A DNA stretch of 63,993 nucleotides, filler included, from Gonapodya sp. JEL0774 (Eukaryota): the NCBI GenBank assembly GCA_027604505.1. It is 3 parts of 3 records of this genome, joined end to end, with 100 filler letters (N's around TTAATTAATTAA, not from the genome) between each part and the next. Parts side by side here need not be neighbours in the genome. Positions count along the whole stretch, not along the records: positions 1 to 26,989 come from JADIIX010000218.1; 2 more parts are not named here. One strand, given 5' to 3'. Every line of letters starts with the position of its first letter. The stretch's first letter is position 1. A program made the translations under genes and the position numbers. Shown here piece after piece: positions 11,701 through 24,266 of the stretch. A model generated the notes under the pieces. That model did not search any database. It saw only the letters and a program-made list of their open reading frames with translations, and was not told the origin of the DNA.

Positions 11701-14666
11701 GTTCCTGGACCTCCGGCGTCTTCGGCGCACCCTCCTCCCCCAGTAGTTGAAGCCGACGGTGCCATGTACATTGGATACGGGTACGACGAGGACAGGGTGG
11801 CCAGTGCCGGGTTCAACGCCGTCTTGTCACGGGCGGGGTCTGGTGGATACCCACACGGTGCCATCTCCAGCGCCATGGACATCTCCATGCCCATGACCAT
11901 GTCGCCGGCGCCAGAGACGGGTGGTGGCGGTGAGGTGGATCTGGACGCCGAACCGCTCGCGGTGATAAGTAGAGTTGTGCCAGGTGAAGGACCGGTCGGG
12001 GGCGGGGTGGATGTGACGGTGTTGGGGAGGGGGTTTAGAGGTGGGTGTTTTGTGTGTGTCTTCGTGTGGGTTTGATGTGGTCTCACTGATGAATGCATTT
12101 TGTCGATTTTCTGGTGTTCGTTTGCACCCCACCCCCCGACTCATGTTTCGAACAAATAGAGGGTCTTACTGTCCTCTTTGGCGACGTGCCGGCCCCTTCT
12201 GTTCAGTTTTGGAACTCCAACACCTTGGTGGTCATTCTTCCGCCGGCGAGGTTGCCTGGGCCTGTCGTTGTGGGATTCAAGGAGATTCCAGCACCAGTGG
12301 ATTCGCATCTGGGAGGGGATGGGATGCCGTTGTTTGTGTACAAGGATGGTGAGTTGAGAAAAAGAAGGTTTTGCGGGGATGTTGCAGAACACACTGTTGG
12401 GTTTGTGTCGAGTCCAAACTGACTCGCCGCCATCTGCCAGATTCCGACCGCGCTCTTCTCGAGCTGGCCCTCCAAGTTGTGGGTGTCCGCCTCTCTGGCA
12501 CGATAGAAGACGCCCGCAACGTAGCCCTTCGCATCATCGCCGAGCAAACCGCTGGGTTGGAAATTGGGAACGGGGCGGGGGCAAATCCTGTGGGAACGCT
12601 CCCAGCGGGTTTGGCGGCCGCGCTTGCGCTAGCTGCGCCGATGCCAAAGAGGGAACTCGAGATGGCCGTGGCGGCTGCGGTGATGGGGGCGACCAATGAG
12701 ATGTTGCTGGCCAAGAACTCGAGGGGGATGACCATGGCGCATTTGGCTATGGCGTGTGATATGCCGGCCTTATTGGGGGCGCTGAACATGGCTGGAGGTG
12801 TGGAGGTTGTGGAGGCGAAGTGTTTGTCGGGGTGGGGGTGGACGCCTTTACAGATGGGCATCTGGTTAGGGAGAGTCGAGTGTGTGGAAGTGCTTCTCAG
12901 GGCAGGGTGTGATTGGGAGGCGACGGATGATGCAGGCAGGAGATGGCAGGAGATTGTTGCAATGGCGGGCGAGGTACCAGGTGTGAGGAGGGTGCTGGAA
13001 CGTTGGGAAGCGGAACAGAACATTACGTGGGACGAAGACGACGAAGTGGTGGAAGATGATGACGACGACCAATGGGTGACCGACGATGAGGACGAGCGAA
13101 CTCAGTACTCAGAGGAGGATGCCACCGTCGGTGTTGATGGCGCCGAAGTGGGACCCTGGTTTGTCGACGAAGCTGTGTCGGAACGCACGGCAGGCGACTG
13201 CGGTGAGGTGCCAGGAGCGCCTGCGCTCCATGAGGAGGCCGCATCGTTTGCTGTTCCCGAGAGGAGAATCTCGGGAGCGTCCGTCGCCTCTTCAACAGGC
13301 TTCGACTTTGATCGCCCCAGGAGCAGGTCAACTACACGTCTGGTGCGCACCCCATCTATGACGTCTTTCCGCGGGGTTCCAAGGAGAGAGCGATCTGCTA
13401 ACGCGCGCATAGATGATCGAAGGCGCAGTTCGTCGCGTGGGGCGGGATCCCAACATCAAACGAGCTCGTCGACTCCACGCAGTGTTAACCAGCGCAGCAG
13501 CTCCTTTGGGTGCCTTCCGGGGATCTCCATCACGCCTCTTGTTCCACTCGATGAGCGACACGGAGATGGCGTACGGCAGCGTCAGCATAAACCCCACAAA
13601 CGGCAGCATTCTACCGCGTCCGCTGCCAGTGTGCTGGATTATCCACCCAACGCTTTTCCAACCAGTATTACTGCTCCGGCAGAACCTCCGCAGCTCCAGC
13701 GTGGGCTCCTTGACAAACTGCCGTGGTCTCAAGGAGGACCTCAGTTCCAGATTCCCAGCCTCCCGACTTTTCACAATTTACCTACTTTCGAGAATCCATT
13801 TACTCCTGCGCGGTGGCAGGAGGCGTGGGGTAACCTGCCACAGATGCCTCAAATGCCTGGATTCCCCCATGTCGAACTGCCGAACATGCCACCTTGGGCG
13901 GGTCTGACCAACATCCCGCAGTTCGCTGGATTTCCTTACTTTTTGCACTTTCCGAATCCTCCAGTGTGGGCTAGATTCCCTTTCCAAACCACGGAGGATC
14001 AACGCGACACCATCCCAGGGGCATCTCATGCGTTCCCTGCCCAGGAGCAGAATAGTCACCCCGTCGTCGGTGCAGAAGGATGGTTTAGACGCGACAGCAT
14101 TTTCGGAATTGTTCCTGAACATTTCAAGTGGAGGGCAAAGTCCAGTGAAGGCCCCAGTGCTGATGGTCCGGTGACTGACTTCATCGGCCCTCGCAATGTC
14201 AATACCGGGGGAGGCTCTTCGGCGGATACTGCTGGTGCCACGGATACCGTGCTTGTTGAGGCTGCTCCGCAGAGAGAGAGTGTACTGTTTTCATTCTGGC
14301 TGCCGGTTCTGGCAAGTGAGTACACGCAAGCAAAGCTTCAGTGGGATTCACACTGATTACCCCTTTGGGATCAACACAGTCATGATGATGTTTGCAATGT
14401 CGAGATTCATTGTAGATAATCACCAAGTTATTCGGACGCTTTCAGAGTAAGTGGCTACTCGTCGCTCCCGTTCTTTTCGCAGTACCCTGATGATTGATTG
14501 CGCGTTGTTTTCCTGAAGATTTGTCACATTTGCAGTTTTGGGTGGGCGAGCTCCCACTGGTTATGCACATGGCGGGGGTGGAGGTGGAGGTTGGGGAGCA
14601 GCGGGATACACCGGCTTTGGGAACAACGACGGACCGCCTTTCTTTGAAGTTGTAGCGGCAGCATAA
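8729..14666 (+). CDS. MGA2: Spt23/Mga2-like ER-membrane-bound transcription factor (DNA-binding domain, IPT/TIG, ankyrin repeats, C-terminal TM), multi-exon
   Basis: RSRVETQTRICIQL, CCGGCVGRE, RVTCYCRHWDEKVGF, SPPILVTDDHK; IPT ISRVVPGEGPVGGGVDVTVLGRGF and WNSNTLVVILPP; DRALLELALQVVG; ankyrin GMTMAHLA and GWTPLQMG; TM VLFSFWLPVL. Start and end are approximate. Confidence 0.88.
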
Positions 14667-14873
14667 TGTTGCAAAAGCTATCCTTTGCGCGTCTTATACA
14701 TCTAGGAAATAAATTGAATCTTCGATAATTGCGGACATCGCCAGTTCGTGTTTCTGACATTTGTATCTTGACAAGCGTGTGAACGATCCTCCCCGTACGC
14801 TTGGGTGTGGGGATGATGATCAGGGTTCGCACCGCGAGTCCTTCATTTACCCTTCCAACCAACCACCATCATC

Positions 14874-17800
14874 ATGAAAAAGTCTGGCAACAGTGCAAAC
14901 GGTGGAAAAGGCGGAAAGGGTGGGAAGTCAGTAAAATCATCAGTTGTCGCAGACGATGAACCTCCCGGTACGTATGAAACACGTTGTTGGCAAGGTGGAC
15001 TTTCAATGCAAATGCTTCCTGAGCTGTGTTTTCTGTGAAATATCAACGGAAATGTTCACGCAAGGACAATGTACGACTCAAGCCTTCCTAAATCTGTCGC
15101 GTGTGCTCTACAGGTTTGCTGGACGATGAAGACGATGACTTTACGGGAGCAGGGAACTGGAATGACTCTGACACTATGCCGGAGCTTTTGGAGAACAGTG
15201 ATTCGGACGATGGCCCTCGTGGTGCTTCACACAACACAAAATCTACCAACAAACCGGGCTCGGCAGCAATGAAACCGAGTAATCCCTCCACCTCACAACA
15301 ACCCCGGGCTGGCGGTACCACAATTGGAACCGCAGCCTCCTCCTCAACGTCAAAACCTCCAACGTCCAATCCCGCCTCGAAATCCAGTGCATCTGCTGCC
15401 AAACCTGGGATCACAAGCACTGCAAAACCCCCAATTTCGAAGACTGTGCCAAAATCGACTCCCAAGCCAGCACCGAAGCCTTCGCCGCCCGATGATGATG
15501 ATGACGATATTCCGGGACTGGTCTCCTCTGGTGAAGAGAGTGACGATTTTATCCCCCAGCCACCAAAGGGCAGAGCTGCCCCTTCGTCAAAACCTTCCAC
15601 CCCAAAACAAACAGGGAAGCCTGCAACCAGCCAGAATCCGAAACCCAGTGGTCGTGCTCCCGCTGCCAGCTCTACCTCTGATAAGCGCCCCGCGTCACCA
15701 GAATCGTCTTTGTCAACGGATGACGAAATGCCGCTACTCGTCCCCGCTCGTAATGGCAAAACAGCGCCTTTCCCGGTGCTTTCTGGAAACGGAAGTATTT
15801 CGGAAGGAAACTTTTCTATTCAGTCGTCCAGTACCATACCTTGCATCGGGTGCGGAAAGCTTGGGCATTGGATCCAGAAATGGTAACGTTTACGCAACCC
15901 ACTTTCTAGTCATTTTGAGGTAACACCCTCTCCACCAGTCCTAGCACGAAGAATTTTATGAATCGTGTTGACCAAGCTTCACTTGGTCACCCCACTCCTT
16001 GCTTTTGCGACTCTTGCCTTCTCCCTTCCTTGGATGGGCCGATGCCCCCCGAATATCGCGCAGTTGGTCTCATGAGATATGCGCCACAGCTCAAAGCTAT
16101 TGCTGCAGATCGTGTGCGACCGCCCTCGAATGAAGCACTCGTATTTTCGGGCACCTCGACGGGAGCTGCTTACAAACTTTCGTCCCCTTCAACTTCCATC
16201 GACCCCGACGGCACCACATTTTCGCCCGATGCCCGTACTGCTCGGCAACTTGCTTTGCACGTTACTGACATGGCACTGGATGCATTGGATCGTGGCGGGG
16301 ACCTGGAGAAGACATTGAGGACCTTTCGGGAACAGGAGGTTGAGCGTGAAAGGACTGTTCAGGCGATGTTAGATGCTAGGAAGAAGGAGTCCCGAATATC
16401 AAGCATACCGAAGATATCAGTTGAAAGAAAGATTGTGAGACAGGAGGTCTTGCTTGGTCGAAAGCCGGTGCGCTTAACATCAGTGTCAACAACAAAGACC
16501 ATGCCAGCCCAGGTTGCTCAGGACGGACCTGGGTCACCAATTCCCGCTACTCGCCCAAATCAAGCATCAGGGGCCACAAAAACCGTCTCAAAAGAGGATC
16601 TGGAGGCTGCTGAGCGGTACAAGAATGAGGGAAACGAGGCACTCAAGAGGGATCGATTCGCCGAGGCGATCGAGCTTTACACGTTGGCTATTCAATTAGA
16701 TCCCACAAATAGCGTATATTGGAGTAATCGGGCATGGGCCAATCTCAAGTTTGAGAACAGAGGGAGCGCCGTTGCTGGTGAGGAAGAAACACTTCGAAAA
16801 ATTTTATTTTGCTGACAATTGGTGGTCAAAGATGCGGAAAAAGCGACTGTTCTGGATCCAAAGTACCCAAAGGGTTGGTTTCGGCAAGGGAGTGCTTATA
16901 GGGCACTTGGCAAGTGGAAGGAAGCACACCATGCGTAAGAAAAATTCGCGACGATGAGAAGAGTTTGGCCACATAACTCATTTCAGTTTGCTATATCAGC
17001 TTTCAGACGGCTAGTAACCTGGATCCAACAGATAATGGAGTGTTCGTTCTCATGAAAGGTGAAGATACGTGGGTCTCGTGTTCTTAACCATGCAGGGCAC
17101 TAATTCGTGCTTTCCACAGAAATGGAGAAGAACATGGCAACGCAAAATTTTGGGAACGCCATCAAAGTTGACGACTTCAACGGCTCTCCTGGTCGCTCTC
17201 TCGTCGCGCCGACACAGATCAAGCTTCGTTCTCATATCCTACTGGCCAAGCGCAAAGTTCCCCTCGATGCAGCCCAGTGGGCGGATACATACTCATTATC
17301 CTTGTTGGCAGCGAGACAAGCGGCAGCGGCGGTGAACGATTCTCCGAGTGACTACGTGTGGAGTTTTGACGTCATCGACGGTGAGATGGAATAATTTGGT
17401 CTCCAAATTCGCTTCCTTGGTCGCCAGTCAAGAGCTATCTGTGTTCTGCATTTAGGTGTGTATTTGAAGAAGGTTGCCCAGTGGTTCAGTTGGAGGACCC
17501 TCAAGGTGTTCAAGGAGTTGGGAAGTGACACATTGAAAGATATGTTCACGAACCTGAAGGCTTATGAGATAATGAAGGAGCAGGAAGACTTGTAAGAGTT
17601 TCTCATTCCTGGTGCCGAAACTTGGCCGTAGCTGTCTCCTGAACGCGGACAAACAACAAGTTACCGCTTCCTCTTCGCAAACGATCGACGCCATCCCATG
17701 CTTCTCGACCCTCACATCAACCTCATCAACGTATTCGATTCAACTCAGCAACCGTATCTCCATCGTACGGTCTCCGACCCCGACGAAGCTCAGATCCCCC

Positions 17801-19643
17801 GCCTTTTTTATCAGACCGCTGTCCCTCGGTCAGGTCTGGCGATCGTGGATCGCCACGAAGATTTCTCGAGGAATTTCTCCACGTTTTCGGAACGTCTTCT
17901 GGAAAAATTGGACTGGCGGAATGTGTTCGCGGCGGGGGGAAGTGTGGCCACGTGCCTCATGCCCCAGCCGCTGAACGTGAACCTGTACGACTATTATCGG
18001 ACAAACCCTGTGTACAAGGATTCCGACGTGGATCTGTTCTTGTACGACCTGACGCCGGCCGAGGCGACGGCAAAGGTGAAGGAGATCGCGAAGGTGATAC
18101 TCGGGTACGCTGACTCTAAGGTGTGTTGTCTTGCGTGCAGTGTCTCGGCCCGGTCTCAGCGACAAAACATTACACCCACACGATATTACTTTTACCACTT
18201 GCCATATAGAAACGAGAAACGGGAGACGAACGGTCTTTCGTTGTGCGGACCCAGCACGCCATCACCTTCGTCTGCCCGTACCCCTTCCGGAGGATCCAAA
18301 TCGTCTTGCGGATATACAAGTCGCCTGCAGAAGTGTTGATGGGGTTCGATATAGATAGTTGTTGTGCCGTATGTGGTCAGCAGATGTTGGATGAGGAGTG
18401 TGCGAGATCCTCACTGCTTCTGACGTTCAATTTTGCAATTTGTTTGTTCGATCACAAGGGGTACGATGGAAACTCGGTTTGGATCTTGCCTCGATGTGCT
18501 AGAGCGTTGACGATGGGCTATAATCTGGTGGACCTGACGAGACGAAGTCCATCCTACGAGTGCGTGTCCGTCAGCGGAAATCGATGTGTCCTGATTCTGA
18601 TTCCCCCTCGCACCGCATGTAAACATGTTGCGCCTTGGGAACCCTACCAGGTACCGTCTCTACAAGTACTCTCGGCGCGGCTTCTCCGTCGCGATTCCAG
18701 GCTTCCAGCGTGACCGAGTCGCCGAAGGAGTGTTGGACCCCAAAGCGCGGAAGATCCACTGGGACGGCAAGGCGCAGCTCATGGTGGACTCGCACAAGGG
18801 GCTGGCGCTGTTGCTAAGGCTGGATTTGTACACAGAGGAAGTGGGTCACGTTTTCTTTTTTCGAAGAGGTGCGTCGGTTGGGGTGGCATCGGAGAATGAA
18901 TGTGTGTTTGTTGTCCTCTTTCGGGTAGTACAACGACGGGCTGGCGAAACGGCCAGTGGATCCTGAGAAGCTCATATATGCGAGGGACAATACCAAGGGG
19001 CAGTGAGTAGTTTGATCTCGCGTGATTTGATGGAGACGTTTCTTGCTGATGAAGACTTTGCGGTCGTCTTTTGTGTACGCATCAAAGAACACCCCCCGCG
19101 CCGATCGAAGCCGTGAGTGACTACGACAATGTGAAGTTGCCTCAGGGTGAGAAATGGACGGTATGTTGATTGACAACTCAGTCTAATTTTGTGAATGGTC
19201 CATTGAACTGAATGGAGCTGTTTTTTGTTGACATCGCATCACTTTTTGTCTTTGCCTTCGTCGCCCCAGATGCGTCGCCTCCGCCGGTTCGTGAGAAACA
19301 TTGTGGACAATGCTGACTCGCCGTTCCGGAAATCGAGGCAGGGGATTCCGAAAGATGAAGAAGTGGTGCCGTTGTTGTCGGGTAGTGCGGACCATGTGCT
19401 GGGAGGGACCATTCGAAACATTGGACCCAAGGGGCAGTATGTCAAGATCGTACCACCGGCCGAGATGTGGTTGACTGAGAATCCAGGTACATACGAGTCT
19501 CTTATGAGCTGTGGTGCTATGTGCGTATTCTCACAGAGTTTTGCCGTGCCTGTTTGCCCCCAGGCGTGCAACTGACCGGGTCATTTAATCCTATTTCTGA
19601 GCCTGCGGAAAAGTGGTTTGAGACCGCATACCGAGCAAAGTAA
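14874..19643 (+). CDS. Multidomain protein: CCHC zinc knuckle + TPR repeats + uncharacterised Pol-beta-like nucleotidyltransferase domain
   Basis: CIGCGKLGHWIQK|C knuckle across an intron; TPR AERYKNEGNEALKRDRFAEAIELYTLAIQLDP...KYPKGWFRQG; NVFAAGGSVATCL...DSDVDLFLY; IQIVLRIYKSPAEVLMGFDID; RRSPSYE|RLYKYSRRGF; C-terminus ENPG|VQLTGSFNP. A single-gene structure is inferred from splice sites. Confidence 0.7.
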
Positions 19644-19840
19644 AGAAATTTTTTGTACCTAGGTAGAACGTAGCACCCAATGTACATAGAAGATGGAAGG
19701 CGTGGCGTCAAGATCTGGACCTTCTGTGGCCTCCCGGGGGTTCGAGTCGCAAGACGTTTGGGCCGTTTGCCGACGACTCTGATAGCCGAGACAGTTTCCG
19801 TCTGAAGTTTTCAGAGACGCAGAGAGTTTTAATTGTGTGA

Positions 19841-22800
19841 ATGGGGTCGCGAAGACAATCGGCGGGTGGGGCGATGCCTGCCCAACTGGGCGGGGGGGGA
19901 CACGGGGGACTCAGTGGACGCTCCCCCTATCTAAAGTACGCTGCACAGTACGATCAAGACGCTGACCACCCAGACGCGCTCTACAACGAAGAACCAGATC
20001 CCCTCTTTCAGGGCACAGGAGTCCACCAACCCGACTACAGAGGAAACCCACATCTCAACGTCGACAGCGACGGCCGCGAGGGTTATTTCGAAGAGGACGA
20101 CGACTTGGAACCTCCACAATCGCTTTTCCTCGATGGTGGGGCTGTGGGCAACACTCCTGCTGTGTTGGGTAGAAACGGAAACCCCCACTCGGGTCCTCCG
20201 CAGCTCATGAATCGAACCACCGTGACTGGGTTACTACAAAGTAACGACACTCATGCACCACAAGACAATCTTGTCGCTCGTGGAAACGTCCCACCGCCAG
20301 CGCGGGGTGACCGAGGGGAGAGGCTATTCCGTCCATCCGTGGCCATTGGGAGTGGCACCCCCCCGACCCTAGCGTTTCCCGAAAGCCCTGTCGAGCCACG
20401 TTCCACATCACGCAACATGACACACACTCACACTACTGAAGCTCCAGTATTTGCACCTCAACGTGCACGTTCAGCCCCAGCTCCAGCTCCAAACCTGCAA
20501 ACGTCATCCTCTACCGGTACAGGCCGCCAGCCGTCCCTTTTCGAATACATCTTTTCGAAAGACTCCGGCCTCCGCACCCTCTTGGTCGGTCCTCGCGTCC
20601 CGCCCGGATCTCGTCCCCGCCACCCAGCGCCTGCCACAAACGCTCCTGCCTCTGCCCGCTATTCCCACCACTCACCGCCCTCGCCACGACGCTACGAGGC
20701 CGGTACACCCGGTGGTGCCCGCTTCCACGTCTCCCAACCTCCCATCGTCTCTACTGACCCAGACGACGACGATACCACCCCCCTCCTGCACTCGTCCTCC
20801 GTCCCTCCTTCTTACTACACCCAGACTCACTCGACACCCGTCCCCCTCCACCTCCCACCCTCCACCTCGAGTTACACTCCCGGAGGCCGCCTCCCCCCCC
20901 GTGACGCCGCGCTCAATCTGTGGGCCTCGATACGCACCTCGGCCGAGCTGGACAAGTTCATGCAACGACTGTACGCGTATTATGTAGGCAGGGGGATGTG
21001 GTCCGTGGTTCTGGACAGACTTGTTGGGGTCCTGTGAGTTGTGATCGCGCGGTGGCGTTGGGATGGATACACTGTGTGTGTGGTGTGGGTGCTCTCGGTC
21101 GCTCACTTAGAACACGATCGATTACCTTTCCCTGAAAACTCAACCGCCCAGCACCGCCTCCTTCGTCGTCCTCTTCCCCACCTTTCTCATTCGCTGCATT
21201 GATTTCACTCTCACTCCAAACCCCCCCAACCTCCCCTCTGTCCTCGTCCCAAACTGGGCCGACGTGCTCCTCAACCCGTTCTCCTCGGTCCCTAATTTCG
21301 CGTTCGCCCTCTGGGTCACCTACGAGATCTCTCGTCTCCTCTACGACCTGCCCGGATTGTCGAGGATGAGGGGATTCGTTACCTTTGCCCTCGAAGTACC
21401 CGAGATGGACCTGTGGAGCGTCGGGTGGAGTTTCATCGTGTCCCGGGTCTGTGGCGAGTGGCTCTCGCCAATCAGACTGGTTGAACCGGCAAACTCAAGC
21501 TCCAAGCCGAACCACAACGGCCTTCCCAGCGAACGAGCTACGTCTCCCCAGCTTGCGAGGGATCCTGACTTTAACACCACCGATTCGGACTCGGATGTGC
21601 CCCTCCACGCGCTCACCATCGCGAACCGTATCCTCCGCAAAGAGAACTATCTCGTGGGACTCTTGGGCGGGACCGGTGTGGACCCGGCCGCAAAAACCGT
21701 TGGAGAGGACAGCGATGAGGATGGGGTCGACGTCATGACACTCGGGTTGCGGTACGCGTTCGCGGATCCTGCACTGCCGTTTCTTCCCAAGGTACTGTTC
21801 AAGTGGTTCTTTGGCGCACCCCCGGTCGTGCCAGCCAGGACACCCGAGTCACTGGCCCCCAAAGCAGGAAAAGGTCCCGCTCCACCGCCTGCCCCCGTGT
21901 ATCTCTTTCCACTGACACGCAACCTCGAGTGGAACTTTTCGTTCTGTGTGCTGGCGTGGATGTTTGACGAAACCGGGGAGATCAGGAAAGGAGTGAGACT
22001 GGGACCGGCACCCCTGGTGGACCAAGAAGGGGTCGCTAGGGGGTTCCGAAGTCGGGTGGAAAGGCTGGGAGATGTGGGTTTGGGTGCGGGCACGAGGCCG
22101 GGGACGCGCAAGGCGGTTGTGGAGGGGTGAGTAGCAACTGAGCCTGCAGCGATGCGTCTGCGATGGCGGAGAAAGCTTCCGTTTCGAGATTGACGTGTGG
22201 GCACCTTTTGCATTGGTTGTCCGATAGGCTTCAAAGGAGGTTCAGGGTGATGGCGGTGCTCAATCTCTTGTTTGCGCCTTTTGTGTTTGTGTTTATGGTT
22301 CTCTACTTTTTCTTCGAGAATGCAGAGGTATGTATGGTGCTTGAAAGGTGCTTTTTTTTTCCCGCCCTTTCCTAATAACTTTTCGTTGGTCCCGATTTAG
22401 GAATACTACAAGAACCCAGCCGCTCTCGGCACTCGCACTTGGACCCCCCTTGCCCGTTGGAAGTTTCGCACCTTCAACGAACTCCCCCACTACTTCACCA
22501 CCCGCATCAATCGATCCCACCCACTCGCACTCGCCTACTTAGGTGACTTCCCCAACTGGCATAACGTCATCCTCGCCCGATTCGTGGCCTTTGTGACGGG
22601 CTCGTTCGCGGCAGTGCTCACCATCGCGTCGCTTATCGACGAGGATCTCCTCCTCAGGTTTGAAATCACAAAGGGACACTCGGCAGTGTTTTATATCGGG
22701 GTGTTCGCGGCCGTGTTTGCGGTAGCGAGGTCCATGGTGCCAGAAGAACACATTGTTTTCGATCCAAGGTCGCATTTGACGCGCCTGGCGAAATTCACCT

Positions 22801-24266
22801 ATTATCTCCCCAAGCGCTGGATCGGTAACTTTCATTCCGAGGCGGTGCGGAAAGAAGTGGAGGCGCTCTTTGATGCCAAGATCTCCCTGTGGTTCCGTGA
22901 GGTCTGTGCTCTGGCGAGCACGCCAGCCATTCTATGGTACGCTCTTGGACGGGAGGATACCGTCGATGCGATCGTGGGGTTTTTCGAGCGGAACGCAAAG
23001 TGGGTGGAGGGAGTGGGTTGGGTGTGCAAGTATGCCTGGTGGGAGGAGGAAACGTCAGTAGCGGATGGTGCCGACGGATCGCCGGTGGGTCCGGAGGCCT
23101 TTGTCACAGGAGAACAGGACACAGATATGGATCATACTGTCGGTCCATCGGCGTCTCCCGAACGACAGCGGCAAGTTCGAGTGCTGGACTTTACCAGCGG
23201 TCCGTTTGAACAGCAGTACCCACAGCAGAGAACACTGGATGGGGACTATCTGTCGCCTTATGATGACCGTGATTATGATCGTGATCGAGACGGGCACGTC
23301 GAGCTCGACATATTGCCACAAGATGACAAGATGATGAAAAGCTTCATGCAGTTTAGGCAAAACCATCCAGGTTGGGACGTTGGGAGGCCTTCAGGTGCTT
23401 TAGGTGCTGGACTGTCTAGATCCATCATGTACCTTGGGCAGCATCTTGGTCCTGGTGGTCCATCTCGACACGGTAACCTTTCCGAGTCATTTGCTCCCGA
23501 CTTTGCTCGACGACGTAGGTACTTGTCACAACCACTGCTCACCCCCAGAGCGCGGAGTACAATGACCCACGGAGACCCGCACTTCATGGAGGCAGAGGGA
23601 GACGGAGATGGCAGTGGGCAGTTCTTCACACCCCCTGCGATTGGCTCTTCCTATGTTTCGGGCTCACATGGTGGTGCAAGTCCTTATCGCAGCGTTGCGG
23701 ATGTCAGTCGATGGGGATCTGGGGCGAAAGTTGTGTCAGGGGCAGGCGAGAGAATGAGAAACGGTGCAGAGAGGCGGGATAGCGTGGGCGTTGACCCTTT
23801 TCAAAGGATCGCATCGCCGGACGCGCAAATTCGAACCATATCTTCACCTCCCCCAACAGACAGGTCGTCGGCCGTATCACCTCCTCCGAGAATCCTTGAC
23901 TTCACGGCGACGGACGGCCCATCCTCACGCGGTGGGTCGAGGGCTCTGAGTCCAACCTTGCCCAGACCTGATTCCCGTGCTGACGCGATGAGCCCTACCG
24001 GTCTACGATCTGGTGCCACGAGTTCATCTGCAGGACGGTCGGGGGCGACTAGCCCACCTGCGGGACGGGCGGGGACGGTGAGCCCACCTGGAATGCGGCC
24101 TGAGGTGGTGAGCCCACCTGGAATGCGGCTCGGAGCGGTGAGCCCCTCAGGGATGCGTCATGGAGCAACGAGCCCCCCACCTTCCAGGTCCGGTGCGATG
24201 AGTCCAAGTAATGGGAGACCGCGCTTGCCAGGTTTTGGAGGCCCCGGAGCGACTGGAGCAGGCTGA
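19841..24266 (+). CDS. ATG9: Autophagy-related protein 9, multi-exon
   Basis: LDKFMQRLYAYYVGRG, IANRILRKENYLVGL, LTRNLEWN, RRFRVMAVLNLLFAPF, ARWKFRTFNELPHYF, DDKMMKSFMQF. Confidence 0.93.
23985..24210 (+). repeat. Degenerate 30-nt tandem repeat (~7-8 units) in the ATG9 tail, encoding xxSPPGxRxG decapeptides
   Basis: AMSPTGLRSG ATSSSAGRSG ATSPPAGRAG TVSPPGMRPE VVSPPGMRLG AVSPSGMRHG ATSPPPSRSG AMSP. Confidence 0.85.
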
